DNA of 64,000 nt from contig CM120646.1 of assembly GCA_051362555.1 (NCBI GenBank), forward strand, positions 3,472,001 to 3,536,000. The letters run 5' to 3'. A program made the translations under genes and the position numbers. Shown piece by piece: positions 39,801-53,500 of this stretch. Numbering within the stretch: the stretch's first letter is position 1; every line of letters starts with the position of its first letter. The stretch is from Lingula anatina. Lineage: Eukaryota; Animalia; Brachiopoda. Under the pieces are notes generated by a model, which worked only from the letters and a program-made list of their open reading frames with translations, made no database searches and was not told the DNA's origin.

Positions 39801-42800
39801 ATGATTACAATCAAATGGAAGATAAATGCATTAGTCTGAATTGGTATTTTATTGTTATCCATTTGCCTTGATTACAAGCAACAAAAATAAACCAACTCCA
39901 AGCATACACACTGAAGAAGCCTTGAAAAAGAAAAAAGACAGGATATTGCTCACCATCCAATTCCTCCTTTTCTGAGAGCTCCAGCTCATCGTCAGATGGT
40001 GCCCTTTTCTGTGTAGACAGAAAATCAATATTGTTTCACATCAGAAAATGCACATTGATGAAATAACAAAGAAAGAAAGTTATGATATGATTGTGTGAAG
40101 AACCTTTCTCACAGATGGTGTTATGTAACACTAATGACTAGTCCACACTGCAGATATACTAATTATTTATATTTATACTATATAGTTATATTTCAGAAAA
40201 TTGGATATCTGTGGAACTGAAGGCAAATGATCGATCAAACAGAATCTTATCTGAATTAAGAAACTAAAACATGATACAAATAAATTTAAATAAGTTTTTA
40301 AACAAATTGGAGATTTGTACCTGATGTCATGATAGACTTACGTCACTAAATAAGAGGACTTTGAACAGTTATGTCAACAACCAGTAGTATATGTTAATTA
40401 CTTCTTATATTTAAACAAATCTGATTAATTATATTTTCAAAGGCAGTATTTTTATCATTGAATTTTTTTAAAAATTCTTTAAAAAGTCCGAATAGGAGAG
40501 TGTGGTTCATTTCACACAATAGGCTCTTGTGAATAATTGAAAATGAAAAGCTTAAATTACTAAATAAACAGACGACATATTATTATTTAATTCACAAGTA
40601 ATTGCCCTAACTTCTTAAAGTTTATGGACATACCTCTAAAGGCAGGCTAATTTGTGCCTTCCACACGTGTGCTGTCTGGTCTCCTGACGCAGTAACTACG
40701 TGGTCCTGACTAGGATGAAAACGCAGGGAGTTCACTGAGCCTTTGTGGCCAAAGTAATTAGTCACACACTCTCCTGTTTCTGATGACCATAGTTTTGCAG
40801 CACCATCTGAAGAAATAAGGCACCAAAAAATATATAATTTCAATATCTAAACAAATACAAGGCTGCTAGGTGCACTTTTCGTGAAGGCAAATTTTCAATT
40901 TCTCTTGCGCATCCCTTTGTTAAATTCATATGATCTATTAGAGTATATTATATTTCTTTGGTCATTAGAAGCAGCATATTACTGCACTTTCTTAGCAAAT
41001 GTTGTCATTCAACAAATGTGAGCTGAGACCATTTATCAGCATGGTTTGTGCATTATATTGACTGTGTTTTCAAGCCAGACAGTTAAAATCTAGCTTAAAG
41101 TCATTGAAGCTTGTTATCTTTTACCTGCTGATGACGTTCCAACTATCGTCACCTGATGCAGTTTGGAGACACTGACGTCCCATACACCGTCGCCATGACC
41201 AGAAAACTCGCGGACAAAATGGCTGCCAGCAGATTGGTTTTTGAATGTAGAAACAATTCTGCTTGTTGATGTCTTGTATGTGTCTTTTATCTTCTGAGAG
41301 ATTTGACTGGAAGCTGTAAAAGAACACGATAATAACGTGACACAAGATCACAAAGAACTTAATATATAATATGTTTTATCAGAAATTCAGCAGCCATATC
41401 AGATAACTAACTCAATAGAAATACAGATAACATGTACTACATACACATAAGAAAAGGGCTACTATCAGATAAGACTTTTGTCTCTAGACAATAGTTTTGA
41501 CTAAATAATACTCCGTTGTCTCTTACTTTCAAAACCTGTCTCGAAGTGAAGAATAACATTCGATTGAAGCTCTTTTGATAAACTGAGCCCTGTTGCCTCT
41601 TATTCTTACATTTTTTAGGAGCCTTTGTTCCATCTCCAGAGTCAACCCCCTCCGCCTTGTCCCCAGCTGTGCTGCGATAGTGTTCCAGTTTTTCATGTAC
41701 TGCACATAAAAGTAAGACGTAAAATACCATAAAATATCAAAGACGGTAATGAAAATCAACACTTTATGAAGAAATAATTTCATCACCTGCATGATTTAAA
41801 AGAATTTGGTTTTGGAGGGATCAAAATGATTATCATGCCCGATATATTTAAAACTGAAAGTTGGTCACAGACAGCACGCTGTGTTATTGGTTCCATGGTA
41901 ATATCAATGGCAACATCAGCCCCTAGACTTTTCTCAATACCACCCTTAGTTACAGGTATTAAGAATATGGTTTCATTCCTCAGCATTACCCAACAGAATA
42001 TATAAGTGAGCACAATTGTAGCAGTGCTCTGCCACTGATCTGATCAGACCTTATTTTATTTTTACTACTTAAAATGTTTTAACACATCAATGCCTTTTAC
42101 AGGGCAATGTCTGCCTGATATTGTATTTTTAATGTATTTATTGGCTAAATGAAATATTTTTCTGATCTACAGGGTGATCAATATCTGAAGTACAGGGGGA
42201 TCAATACCCAGTCAAATCGCATACTCACATGTCTGGTTTTCTACATAAAGCTTCTCATATTCATCTTCAATTAGTGCAAACAAGTCGTGAAGCCTGCCTC
42301 TGAAATGAAAAACAAGAAAATGGAAATTTTTCTGAAAATAGCATAGACCCACTTGAAGACAAGAGAGTAAGGATAGAGATGTGATATCAGAAAACAGTCT
42401 ACTTATGACAGCATGCCAAGTTTTTTTTTTGTGTACTCGGGTATTTTTTCAAAGAGGCTGTTTACACTGTCATCTATCTCAGATGAGTGTGTCAATAGCC
42501 GTTAAGTGCAGAATAATCTTATTCTGCTATAAGGGATGAAAAGAGACGTATACTAGTAACAGTACTCTGTTAGAGTTGCACAAGATTCAAGTTAGGTAAT
42601 AAGTTTCAGATTGTCAAAAAAAAAAAAAAAAAAAAAAAAAAACATCTGTTCAACGAGTTTTGTTTGACAAAGACAATCACTTGAGTTTTAAGGTGACAAG
42701 TTATACATACTCTAGTGTAGGTGTAATCTGGCAAGTAGCATAGTGGTTCATAACATGTCTACAGGACATAACTAGACAGTAGTGTGCTGTGAAAGTTAAT

Positions 42801-44133
42801 TTACCTTTGTATCAGCCTTCTCATATGAAGGCTACAATTAACAGAAAAAAATTGTCAATACTTAGTGCGGATAAATCCCTAGCAATTCAAAAAGATTTTT
42901 GGACATTCAACAACTATATGGCATCACTCAGAGAACATGCTACAAATATATATAAGAAAAAGTTGGCACTCTCTAACCAAATTAGCCTTTTGTTTGCAGA
43001 AACTGATGGTCTGTAAGTAAACAGTCATATTCACTGAAGTTAAATAGGGGGGGGGGGGGGGGGGAGGGGCGTAAATGTTAAACCATCTAACAGCAGTAAC
43101 ATGATGTTGTACACCAGAATTTAAACTTGATAAAGTGCATTTAGTCCATCACTAAAAAATACTGTTACTACATCTTATCTTAGGCTTTTAATTTAATTAA
43201 GATGTTTATTGAGATGTAAGACAAATCAACTCACTATTATGCAGTGCACTTAAGTTAAATACCCAGCACTCAAAGTCCTACAGAACCTGACACATTGCTT
43301 GTTTGTTTGCTACTCTAGGGAGCTATTTAAAAAATCTTATAATGCTAAAATCACATTATGCTGGAGTCAAATTACCCATTCAAATGAAGGCTTGGTTAGG
43401 CAAACACTCACAAAACGAGTCAGCTATATGGAGGTATGGGGTTTACAGTAAACTATAGCTGGGTAGTGCTGGCAATTTTTTTTCTCTCAGCCAAATCACT
43501 ACTTTTTCATCACTTTTTTTTCTCCTATTGGTTTTAATTTGACAAAAACAAGTCAAATCAACCCCATTTTCTTAAGCCAATTTAAGTCAGTTTTATCATG
43601 TGGATAAATTGGCAAGTGCTAGTGCCACCCCAGTATGGCTATGCCAGTGTCAGGCTGGGTATCAATGGCCCAAACTTACAATGAAACACTTGGTCTATGG
43701 AGATTGATCCAACTCCATGGGGACTCTTGCTGAATGCAACCAGATAAACATGCCTCCTCTTGGCACTGAGTAGAATACAGAAAAGCTGGTGATTATATGA
43801 GCACATTGAAAAACTAGAAGTGGTGTGTTACTAGTAATCTATTCATCTGACTGCATTCAGCAGGAGTCCCCATGGAGTTGGATGAAACAACCTATAACCA
43901 TAGTTACATTGGGAATGAGCCCTTAGAAATAATTCACTTTTTAAGGTAGGGGGAGGGCAGTTTAAGTAGTATGTCATTTCTCAGCAACTTCTTTTCACTG
44001 ATGCTCATAAGGTACATACGTATATTCTCACCACCCAAGGTTACTTAGCACGTCCTTACGCTTCCATGATTTACAATATGATTGTGAAATTGATATTAAA
44101 CCTTGCTGTGTTTCTAAAAGCTTGACTGTTATA

Positions 44134-44172
<39 letters not shown>

Positions 44173-44180
44173 CTAACAAA

Positions 44181-44215
<35 letters not shown>

Positions 44216-44690
44216 AACAAAATACAACTCACTCAACTAAGATACATCTGATATCTCATATGTGTTACAGGAGACCTGTTCACCAACTAGTTAACTCATG
44301 CAGCCCATTGGTTTAAATATTTCCTGTGCCTGGATCAGCATCTACCTACATTTGCTGGGGAACCTAGTCCTAAATCTCTCTAGACTGGAAAATGACTCAA
44401 ACATGTCAGCTGCAAAATATGATGAAATTCACTAGGCAGTGGATTCTTGGAACACATGAAACCAAAGGAGTGTTAACATATGGAGTTAAATGTCAAAGCA
44501 TATAGCCACAGCAGCTGCAAATGTATAATAAGTTTGATCCAGGATCTTTTGTTTTCTAATATCTGCCATATAAACTTTATATCAGTACAGAATATTTTAG
44601 TTGGGACAATATTTGTCCAACCCTAGTAGGAAGATAACTGATGAAAAACACCTTTATCTCCACCCCTGCCCCTGGAATTCTGTCCACTGC

Positions 44691-44789
<99 letters not shown>

Positions 44790-45055
44790 GTAAGCCACCA
44801 TCTTAATCCTATAGCTAGGGTAAAATGCTGTGATAAAAATTACCCTAGTAAGGTGCTACAAAAGTATGGGAAATTCCACTGCAACTAAGCAACTTTCATC
44901 CACAGATTCATTCCATTCACCTACCTGAGTTCGGCAGGCAGAAGGGATTCCCCTTCATTGAAACGCCTGAAAACTGACCCCTCAGCACTGCTACGATTCC
45001 GCCTCAGATTCAGATCTTTTCTCTTCTCCTTTACACCAACACTATCTGTGGGCAT
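36819..45055 (-). CDS. WDR37: WD repeat-containing protein 37, 11 coding exons: 45055-44925, 42299-42229, 41699-41610, 41313-41125, 40806-40634, 40008-39954, 39233-39045, 38522-38384, 37981-37847, 37377-37263, 36956-36819
   Basis: MPTDS N-terminus, [16 protein letters not shown] coiled coil, WD40 repeats ([42 protein letters not shown]) and C-terminal NLFTCGFDR match WDR37; GT-AG junctions in frame. Confidence 0.93.
37697..37883. repeat. 49-bp tandem repeat (~4 units) made from a WDR37 exon end plus splice donor
   Basis: ATTTACCTGTTTAC recurs at 37743, 37792 and 37841 (period 49), with a degenerate unit at ~37697. Confidence 0.85.
38640..38899. mobile_element. Fold-back MITE (~260-bp near-perfect palindrome), TA-flanked
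   Basis: AGGCTTCGTTCACATGCAATG...CATTGCATGTGAACGAAGCCT; arms are complementary over ~125 bp. Confidence 0.85.
39441..39668. mobile_element. Helentron/HINE-like non-autonomous element (same family as 9219-9426)
   Basis: CCGCCAAGG ... CCTTGGCGG subterminal inverted repeat, GTCT/GTTT microsatellite, shared internal sequence. Confidence 0.65.
43680..43925. mobile_element. Degenerate MITE; related copy at ~50838-51026
   Basis: Internal inverted repeat ATCCAACTCCATGGGGACTC...GAGTCCCCATGGAGTTGGAT; terminal CATTGGGAATGAGCC shared with the INO80D-intron copy. Confidence 0.55.
44694..44787. repeat. (GA)n microsatellite
   Basis: About 47 uninterrupted units. Confidence 0.95.
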
Positions 45056-45376
45056 CTTAGTGCTTTCTGAAATGACAAGTTCTCTTATAGCATGACATAT
45101 GTAAATAAACAGATTTATCTTTTTTTTTAAATCCAGTTATCATAACAACATTATAATAGTCTGGGTTTACAGTACTGCATCATTATCTTGGAATTTTTTG
45201 CTGAGTATCACTCAACTTCTACTAAAATATCATTCATGTCTGTGCTCATTGCTGCCACTTGTCAGTGTACATGTGCAGTGAAACAAGAGAATTTCTCTAC
45301 TGACCCTCAATGAAATGACTTTTGTTCCTTGTACGTAACATTGCTTGACAGAGAAAAATTTCATCAGCTGTGTAAA

Positions 45377-45525
45377 GTTATAAGAATGATGTGATTTTTT
45401 CTTCAGTCAACAGCTAATACTGAGATAGGTTTTACCTCCATGTGATAGACATCGAAATATTGGAGGTAAAACCTATCTCAATATTAGCTGTTGACTGAAG
45501 AAAAAAATCACATCATTCTTATAAC
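45377..45525. repeat. ~150-bp inverted repeat/hairpin (MITE-like) in the first intron of WDR37
   Basis: GTTATAAGAATGATGTGATTTTTTCTTCAGTCAACAGCTAATA...TATTAGCTGTTGACTGAAGAAAAAAATCACATCATTCTTATAAC; ~64-bp arms. Confidence 0.85.
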
Positions 45526-46259
45526 ATTGCTTAAACAATGCACTTTCAGTTTTTTTTTTTTTTTTTTTTGGGGGGGGGGGGGGAGACTTCTGATTGCCAC
45601 ATAAGTGAAACATTCTATCAATACTGTCATTTAATTTTACTGCATAAAGTTCTGACATAATTGAGTAATTAGGTGCTTTTTGAGGAAGTGTTTAAAAAAT
45701 CATTCCAACTTTAACCTGCAGATGTATGCTGATAACACACTGGCAGGCAAGTCCCCAGCAACCCTAGCTTAGTTCATGGTGATTGTGCATTCATATATAA
45801 TGTGTGTTCAAAGCATATTAACTAATTATTAATAATTTATTCTCATCAGTTATTTTAATAATCTACAGGAGCAATTCAGGAATATCAGATCCACTGATGT
45901 TGGTAAGATGAGCAACTGATAACACATTGATAACAGTTCAAGTTGGGCATGGGGTCACAAAATAATTTTATGTATTATTATCTAAAGTATATAATTATGT
46001 ATCATAGTATAAAAGCGTTCGTTTATAAGATTAAGCACTCATTTTAGGGGCTGTGAGAGATCTCCAGGGGATCGAACACCCACCGAATCTGTCTCTGACC
46101 ACACATTAGTCTTCATAGGGTGCCAGATTTAAGGTCATACTATCATTAATAGTACCCTCAGCAGTTCATCACATCATCATTCATAACACACCACAACATT
46201 CATGTCAAAATACATCTCCGCCTCTCAGCGCCTTTTCTTAAAAACCCAAACTTCCGTGT

Positions 46260-46830
46260 ACCGACTCCATACTCCCTACGAGTGGTAAACAAACACAAAC
46301 CTTCGACTACCACTATGTCAGATTTCTCAGTCGTCAGCAAAATTCCCAAAATTCAATCCGTGCTGCCGTTTACTGCTCCTCCATGTTTATCAAGCACCTG
46401 CTTTCTATTAAGTGTCAATCATATTTTTCAGCCAATCACAACACGTCTTCTCAGCAGCCAGCCAATCAGCTGCGGTCTCGAGGTTGTGCTATGTCCCTGG
46501 ACAAGATGCTGTCTGCTAGAGGGTTACAGCTCTCAACTCACCGAGTCCAGCGTTTAATACAGCCTGTGCAAATATGAGATCGTAGAAAGGCCAGTCCATA
46601 CACCGAGCTACCGGATACAGCACATTTGCGAGTGTTATAAAGGGAATTTTTGGATTTTAGAGCAATTTCGTCGCCCGGACCCGAGTGATTCCACATCTGC
46701 CATGACAGGTTTCTTTTCCAAGATGGATAAAAGGAACAATGTCTCATTCAATAAGCGCGCTCATTTTCCAGGGTCACGCTTCTCAGTAGATATTCGATAT
46801 AATCTTTTCAAGGAGCGATGGAAAAGGTAG
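46260..46830. promoter_or_regulatory. Probable bidirectional promoter and non-coding first exons of WDR37 (-) and INO80D (+)
   Basis: CpG-richer island between divergent genes; two AGCCAATCA (NF-Y/CCAAT) boxes at ~46430 and ~46460; candidate donors on each side (~46260 minus, ~46827 plus). Both ATG exons are preceded by acceptors. Confidence 0.55.
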
Positions 46831-49800
46831 AAATGACTTTATTCTGTGTGTAATTCAGTGCCACATGTCGACACGGACGCTGGGAAAGTTGTTGTTGACT
46901 GACAAATGGGTCGAAGTCGTGCTCCTGACGGTCGTCTTGGTGCAAAATTTCCTCTCACCTCACGACTTCAGAATTTGCTTCTACCTAGCATAGAACGGAT
47001 GATCAAGTTGAACATGAGAGATAGAGACCTTCGTTTGTTAAGGAATATCAGTCAAATGACAAACCGGCCGGCGTATTTCAAAGTAATCTGGTGAAAGGGA
47101 CTTTTCCTTGAAAGTGCAGGCATGATTTATGAAATTGGGTCAAACAAGCGTGACGTCATCCTCATCAATATGCATGAGTTTACATCCGAAATAGGGCAGC
47201 CATTTTGAAGGAAGACATTTGCAATCTGTAATTTCAACGAATTTTGGACGGTAACTACGCGATGTATATATTTTAAGGTATGTAAATGATCGGCGAATTA
47301 TATAGGAGATTACCCGAACTTTCAAATTCGTTTCTAAAAAGGATATTTTATGAGAAATTGGTAGGTCTTATGACCGACAATTTTCCTTTTAGAAATATTG
47401 TGAATATTATTGCCGTCTGTACATATTGCATTTTATTTTGTAGCCATAACGTTATAATTCTGTCAGATTAAAAAAGAACTACAGTCTTATCCAAAGGATG
47501 GGCCTTATGTTAATTTTAAGGCAATACGTGAACTTGAATCAAAATCAAATTAGGGACGATCTTTGTTTTGTGTTGAACCGTAGGTCATTGGATAAGTATC
47601 AGAATTACCTTACATGACCTATTACATTTTAACCAGTAAGTTAAACACATCAAAACAAATTCTTTTGAGATAATTAAGTTATCCCTAACCTAGTTAAGTA
47701 TGAAAACTATATATCTAGGAAAGAATGGTTGATATATGTAATGGTCGGGTAGTACTAATTGCCCTCGTAATTTCACATTCCACAGTGGAAAAATCAATAC
47801 ATAGTTTGTGTAAGTAAGTTGAAAAATATTCAAACCCTTGGTTGAAGATGCAGAGACCTCTCTTTTAAGAAAGCACCTTTTCCGAATCTTACCTAAAAGA
47901 ATTAAAAACCTTCATTGAACTGTCAGAGTGAAGAGTGAAGGGATTATAGGTTTTATAGGTATATTATTATTGCTTTTAAATAACCCTCAGAAAGAAGTTA
48001 TTTACCACTACATGTCACAAGTTGTACCTATTAAAGGCAATGGTAGTGAAAAATATCAGAAATTGCCTTTAGCTTTAGGATCAAATGTTGCCATTTAGAC
48101 AAATAAAGGTACTAGTACATCGATGTTACATTTCACAATTTCACATTGCTGTTGCATATTTTCCAACACATCACTATTTGCTCACATTGATAGCAAGATA
48201 GGGCAAAAATGACAGTTTACATATGTTTTTCAGATCAAGATTAAAAAAAACCCTCTGATATATGCATTTTAGAGCCTGAATGTAGGATTCAGATGAATGA
48301 ATAGCTTACATATTTCTATTATTTTTAGTGCAAGCTTTCAGGTAATCATTTTTGAAAAATCCTACCAAAAGCTGTACCCAAGCCTGTAAAATTTATTTTA
48401 GTGTGGGCACCGTTTGTGAGGAATCTTATCATGGCAGCAAGTGTGACTGTACATAATCTTCACCTTTTTCAGGAAGTTCATTGGTACAGTGATATTAAGC
48501 ATAATTAAAGTACGCAAGCACTGCAGTAATGGTTTAAACTACCAAAGATTTAACCAGCATTTGCAGGCTCAACCATTTAGACAATTGAATTAAAGTTTCT
48601 GCACTCAGTTATATGTGAGACAAGCAAGGATATAGTTTTCTGTTCTGGTTTAGGAAATAAATATAATTTATTGGATTTAAAGACTATTTGAAAGATAGAG
48701 CAGTCTGAGTGAGCAAGTTTCCAAGAAATACTATGATAAAATATCTAAGGAATTATGTGTCACAAGCTCTTTTATGTCTCTCCGTTCAACTTATTTATCC
48801 AGGTTGGAGGTTTTCACACCTGTCTGCCTTATAGTAGGCATTTATTGAGCACTATTTACATAATTACTCATTCTGTGGACAGTATTATCAACTATGATTA
48901 AACCTCAGAATGATGATCAACATAAAAAAGGTGTGTTTACACTGAGTCCTCTTTACCTTCCATTTAAAAGGTGTTTTGTTTGCATTGAAAACACTGTACA
49001 TTAAGACATATTTGATAGTGATTACAACCAGAAAGCTAATTGTTTGTACTAGAGATAAAGCATTAATTAAACTGAAATTTGCCCACAAAGGTTGTTTCTG
49101 TCATTTAGTTATTTTAGTCTGTAAATTTACGTTTACCCCTTGGGTCTGCTCTAGGTGTTGTTAGATTTCCATGCAAATGTAGCTTATTGTACACATTACC
49201 AAATATTACTGCATTCAGAGATAGTCGGGTTTACTTTTCACATTGTGCTGTATTGTATTATCTTATTGTCTAGATATATATAGACCTTGTTTGGTTAAGA
49301 CAAAGTTAAGAAGGTATAAGAACTGATTATCTGATGTGGCATGTACACTTTGTGAACTCTTGTCTCAGACTAGCATTTTATGCAAAAATAGCGACACGTA
49401 TGTTTGTATGTGTAACCATCTGGTATTATAAATTGATGTGAAAAAATGAATTTGTTGCTGCTTTAAAAAAAAAATGGCTCAACAGCTTCGAGAAAGTGTG
49501 CTCATATATTTAGTCTAGCCATCCATGGAGCAGGTTTTTAGTCTTTGCTTGAAAGATATGCGAGTTAAGTTAAACAACAACAACCTGAAAAAAAAAACCA
49601 AACAAACAAACAAACAAAAAAAAAAAAAAAACAGACTCCTGGTATACTCACAAAAATTGGGTTTGAATTCTCTAGGGGAAAACAAGCTAGTTGGTAACTT
49701 GGTGATGAATTTGAAATTATTGTCTATGAACAGGGAAAATCGAGTCATAATCAATACTACGAGGGGAAAATAGTCATGTCTTGTCTAACATCATGGCATG

Positions 49801-50257
49801 AATTATAAATGGATTGATATATAGATGGAGCAATAGAAACCAGCTTCTAGATTTGATTTACTTTTAACTGAATATTTTATGTTGAATTGTCAGAAATAGA
49901 TACCAGACTTGATAGATAAATTTGCAAATTCGGGGGCGTATGCAACAATATTTAAAGTTCAACAAACAAGTAGGCCATATTTTGCCTTGTTGTTTACATT
50001 TAGTTATAGTATGTCTGTTGCATCTTTTAAGGATTTTTGCTTGTATGTGTATCCACAAGTGAGATGTGTTAAAGTAGTACAGAAAGCTGTGTCTATTGGT
50101 GTTAATCGTTGTGATACAAAAGCCAGAATCATGAAGCTTTTGATATTTCTTTTCAGAATGATAGCAGGCCCCAGTTGAAGAAGGAGCTGGAATCTTCCAC
50201 CCCCACGTCACGCCAGCATGCTATCATCGCAGCAGCAGCGCCAGCTGTTTCAGTGAG

Positions 50258-50499
50258 ATGTACGAAGGCAAGAACATCCACTACTCTCCCGTTGACAACA
50301 AGCCATTGTGTTCCTTCAGCAGCAAGCTCTGTAAGCAGCATCGCCTGAATCACTATGGCTTCTGTGTGCGGCACATCCTGGAGGATTTGTCTGCCCCCTT
50401 CAAACAATGTGCCTATGTGAACAAGTACAACAAACAGAAGTGCACCCAAGCAATACCAGAGAGTGAGGAAAGAGAGTAAGTTGTTTCCGTATGTCAAAT

Positions 50500-50590
<91 letters not shown>

Positions 50591-53500
50591 TTTTATATTG
50601 GAAGCAAGGTGGGCTGGACCCCAGCATATCAGCTACTGGTGTGCACTGTATGTACAGACTGGTGATTATGATCACTAGTGACTTTTGTTAAATAGTAATT
50701 GAAAAAAGAAAATTGACAAAATAAAATAAGCCATGTGCCAGAGGAGCTTATGTAGTTCATTTCGTTGGGAGAGGAATATTTTGGACATAATTTTTAAAGC
50801 TGAGGACTGAACATTACCTCAGTATTGGTTTTTGAGTGAAGGCTCATTCCCAATGGAACTAATGTTTAACATAGATAAATTCAACTGTCAGGTAACTATA
50901 ATTGCCAGCTTTTCCGTATTCTACTCAACACCAGGAGGCCTATTAATCTGAGTGCATTCAGTGAGTTTCCCCGGGGAGTGGGATCTATCTACCTAGAACA
51001 ATAGTTTCATTGGGAATGTACCCTAAAAGACTTTCTGAGTTGGTAAATGTGGCTTATATGCTGCTTATTGAAGGGAAGTGTGCCATGGTTTCTGTTTACA
51101 TACAGAGAGAAATGACGCAAAAAGGAAAGTGGCATTTTCTGATAATTAGATAATGATAATTATTTTTTAATGTGAGATGTGGAAAGGGTGAGGTGTGTTT
51201 ATTAGCTCTCTTTAGATCTGTAGCATTAGCTTTTAATCACCTAGTTAGCTATAAAATATTGTATGAAAACTGTTAGGCAAAACTGTGAATTATTCGGAAA
51301 TGAAGTTTTTCTGTTATGTCACATGTTTAAATGCATGTTTGTGTGTTCTCTTTTCCAGCTATTGTAACGCACATATGCAAGTGTTAGGAATGATGCCAAG
51401 ACGAGAAAGGAAAAACCAGCGCCATGTGACGCCCGATAGTCTTCACGATAGCAAGCCAGCCTTGGAGGGGCGGTTAAAATCAAAGCCCAAATTCAGTTTG
51501 ATGTCTACTGAACCAGTGAATAATGATAATTCCATGGATGACCCGGATGATCCATACGCATTTCCCGCTGACGATGACGAACCTCCCCAACCACCAAAAC
51601 CAAGCTATAGTCCTGGAGCAGCCTCTGTTGGACCACAGCAAGATCTTCCCATGCCAGGCAATGGCGGCGGTCATCTGTCTTTCCGCCCTCCCCAGGAACC
51701 TGTATCTTCTATTGCAAAGTTATATCCAGAACTGGCCGAGAAACTAGAAAGGGTGAAAAATAAAAGTGATCATAAAACTAAACTCAGTGGGACGAAAAGC
51801 TCCCGGACTATGAACCAGTTACAAACACGAATTGCTCAGAATCGAATCAAAGCCAAAAAAGGGCAGGAACAGTCGAATCATTCAACACCTGAAAGTCAGG
51901 GCAGATCTCCCAATCCCGCAGTGCCTCGCTCTCCTGCTGGAGGAGGAGGGGGCGGAGAAAAGCCTCAGTTTGCGGTGCGCAATCCTCACCTCTCATTTGC
52001 CGCATTACAGGGTCACCTGGGCATGACCCACCCTTTGTCGCAGCAGATGCCGCCATTACAGAACTCTGCCACCTCATATCATCCCAATGCTACGTTATCG
52101 CAGTTACTGCCACGTATGCTTCACCCTCTCATGCCTCCTCAGGCCTCTCCAGTGGGGGGCGTTAACATGAATCTCCCTCCCCCACCCTACCCACACCCCC
52201 ACTCTCAACCCTCACCCCATTCTGGGGGGTTGAGCCAGCCTATGAACTACCCACCTCCTCCTTACTCTAATCACTCTAAAAGTCATATACTGACCACGCG
52301 GCTGAAACGACCGAGGAATATTCTGTCTGAAGAGGAGGCCAGGAAGAGGCTGCGTACGGACACCGCCATGGCAGTACTAGCACAACACATACAGAAAAGG
52401 CTGTTTGATTCAGAGCTGTTGCAATATGGTAAGAATTGATTTGAAATCGAGAAAAGAAAAGGGGATAGTTTTAAAGTACCCATTTTAGTATTTGTGGTGG
52501 TGTTTTGAAATTATAGTTTTAAGAAAGAGACTGGATGTAGATCAGACTTGAACAGCTACTGGCTTTCCAAACATATGAAACTCTGTTATCAACCAGGTTA
52601 AGCCTATCCTCAGAAAAAAATTGGCAGTATAAGATAATTCTTCTAAATTTTATGTAATTTTCATTTGGTTGCAGATGTAGATACATCTGAAGATGAAGAA
52701 GACTTATTACCAAGACAAAACCATTGGCTGGGTCTGTCTTCAGACGAGGAGGCAGAGGAGTCTGTCAGCTCAGAAGAGTAAGTTTAAATGTAGTTGAAAG
52801 CAGTGATGCGTGTGGTGATGCATCTTGGTGAATGTGAAGCTGTAAGAGTGTCTAAACATGATTTTGTCATGAAACTTTGATATATATTTACAGGGATGAG
52901 ATTTTTCCGACTTTTGGCAAATTTCCGATAGTTTGAGGCAAAAAAATGGCCTGGGCAGCATACTGAACCCCGTACTGTTTTTCCAGGCTTTTTTCCTAAG
53001 TGGCAGTCTCGTCTCTCTCTCTCTCTTCTCCTCCTACTACTTCATTATATGCAAATCATATATCTCCTATTTTCCTATTTTCAGCGAGGACCTAGGCACG
53101 ATGCGTCTGATCAAGCTATCCCAGCATACCTCTGACATCCGGCGCCAGTACGGCCAGCTGTGCAAGGCTCAACATTCCAACTCTGCCCTCCAGGACTACA
53201 GGAGGACGTTTGCTCAGGCTTTACTCCAGGCAGCCAGGGAGAGCCCTGCCGCCGCCGTCAAGGCGGTGCTGGAGGTAGATGGGAGGACGGAGAGGAGGAG
53301 AAGGAAGAGAAAGAAGAGAGTGAAAAGGTATATTGTTGGGGTTTATGATGTGGGGGTGGGTGGGGGGGGGCACTGAACTTGGGCAAGTGGATGGAGGGAG
53401 TAAGGAAGAAGAAGGAGAAGGAAGAAGTGAATGTGTAGCCTGTTATCTTTGGGAAATAAAGTCTTGTGTCAGTAGAAAGACCTAGATGGCCAAAGGTACA

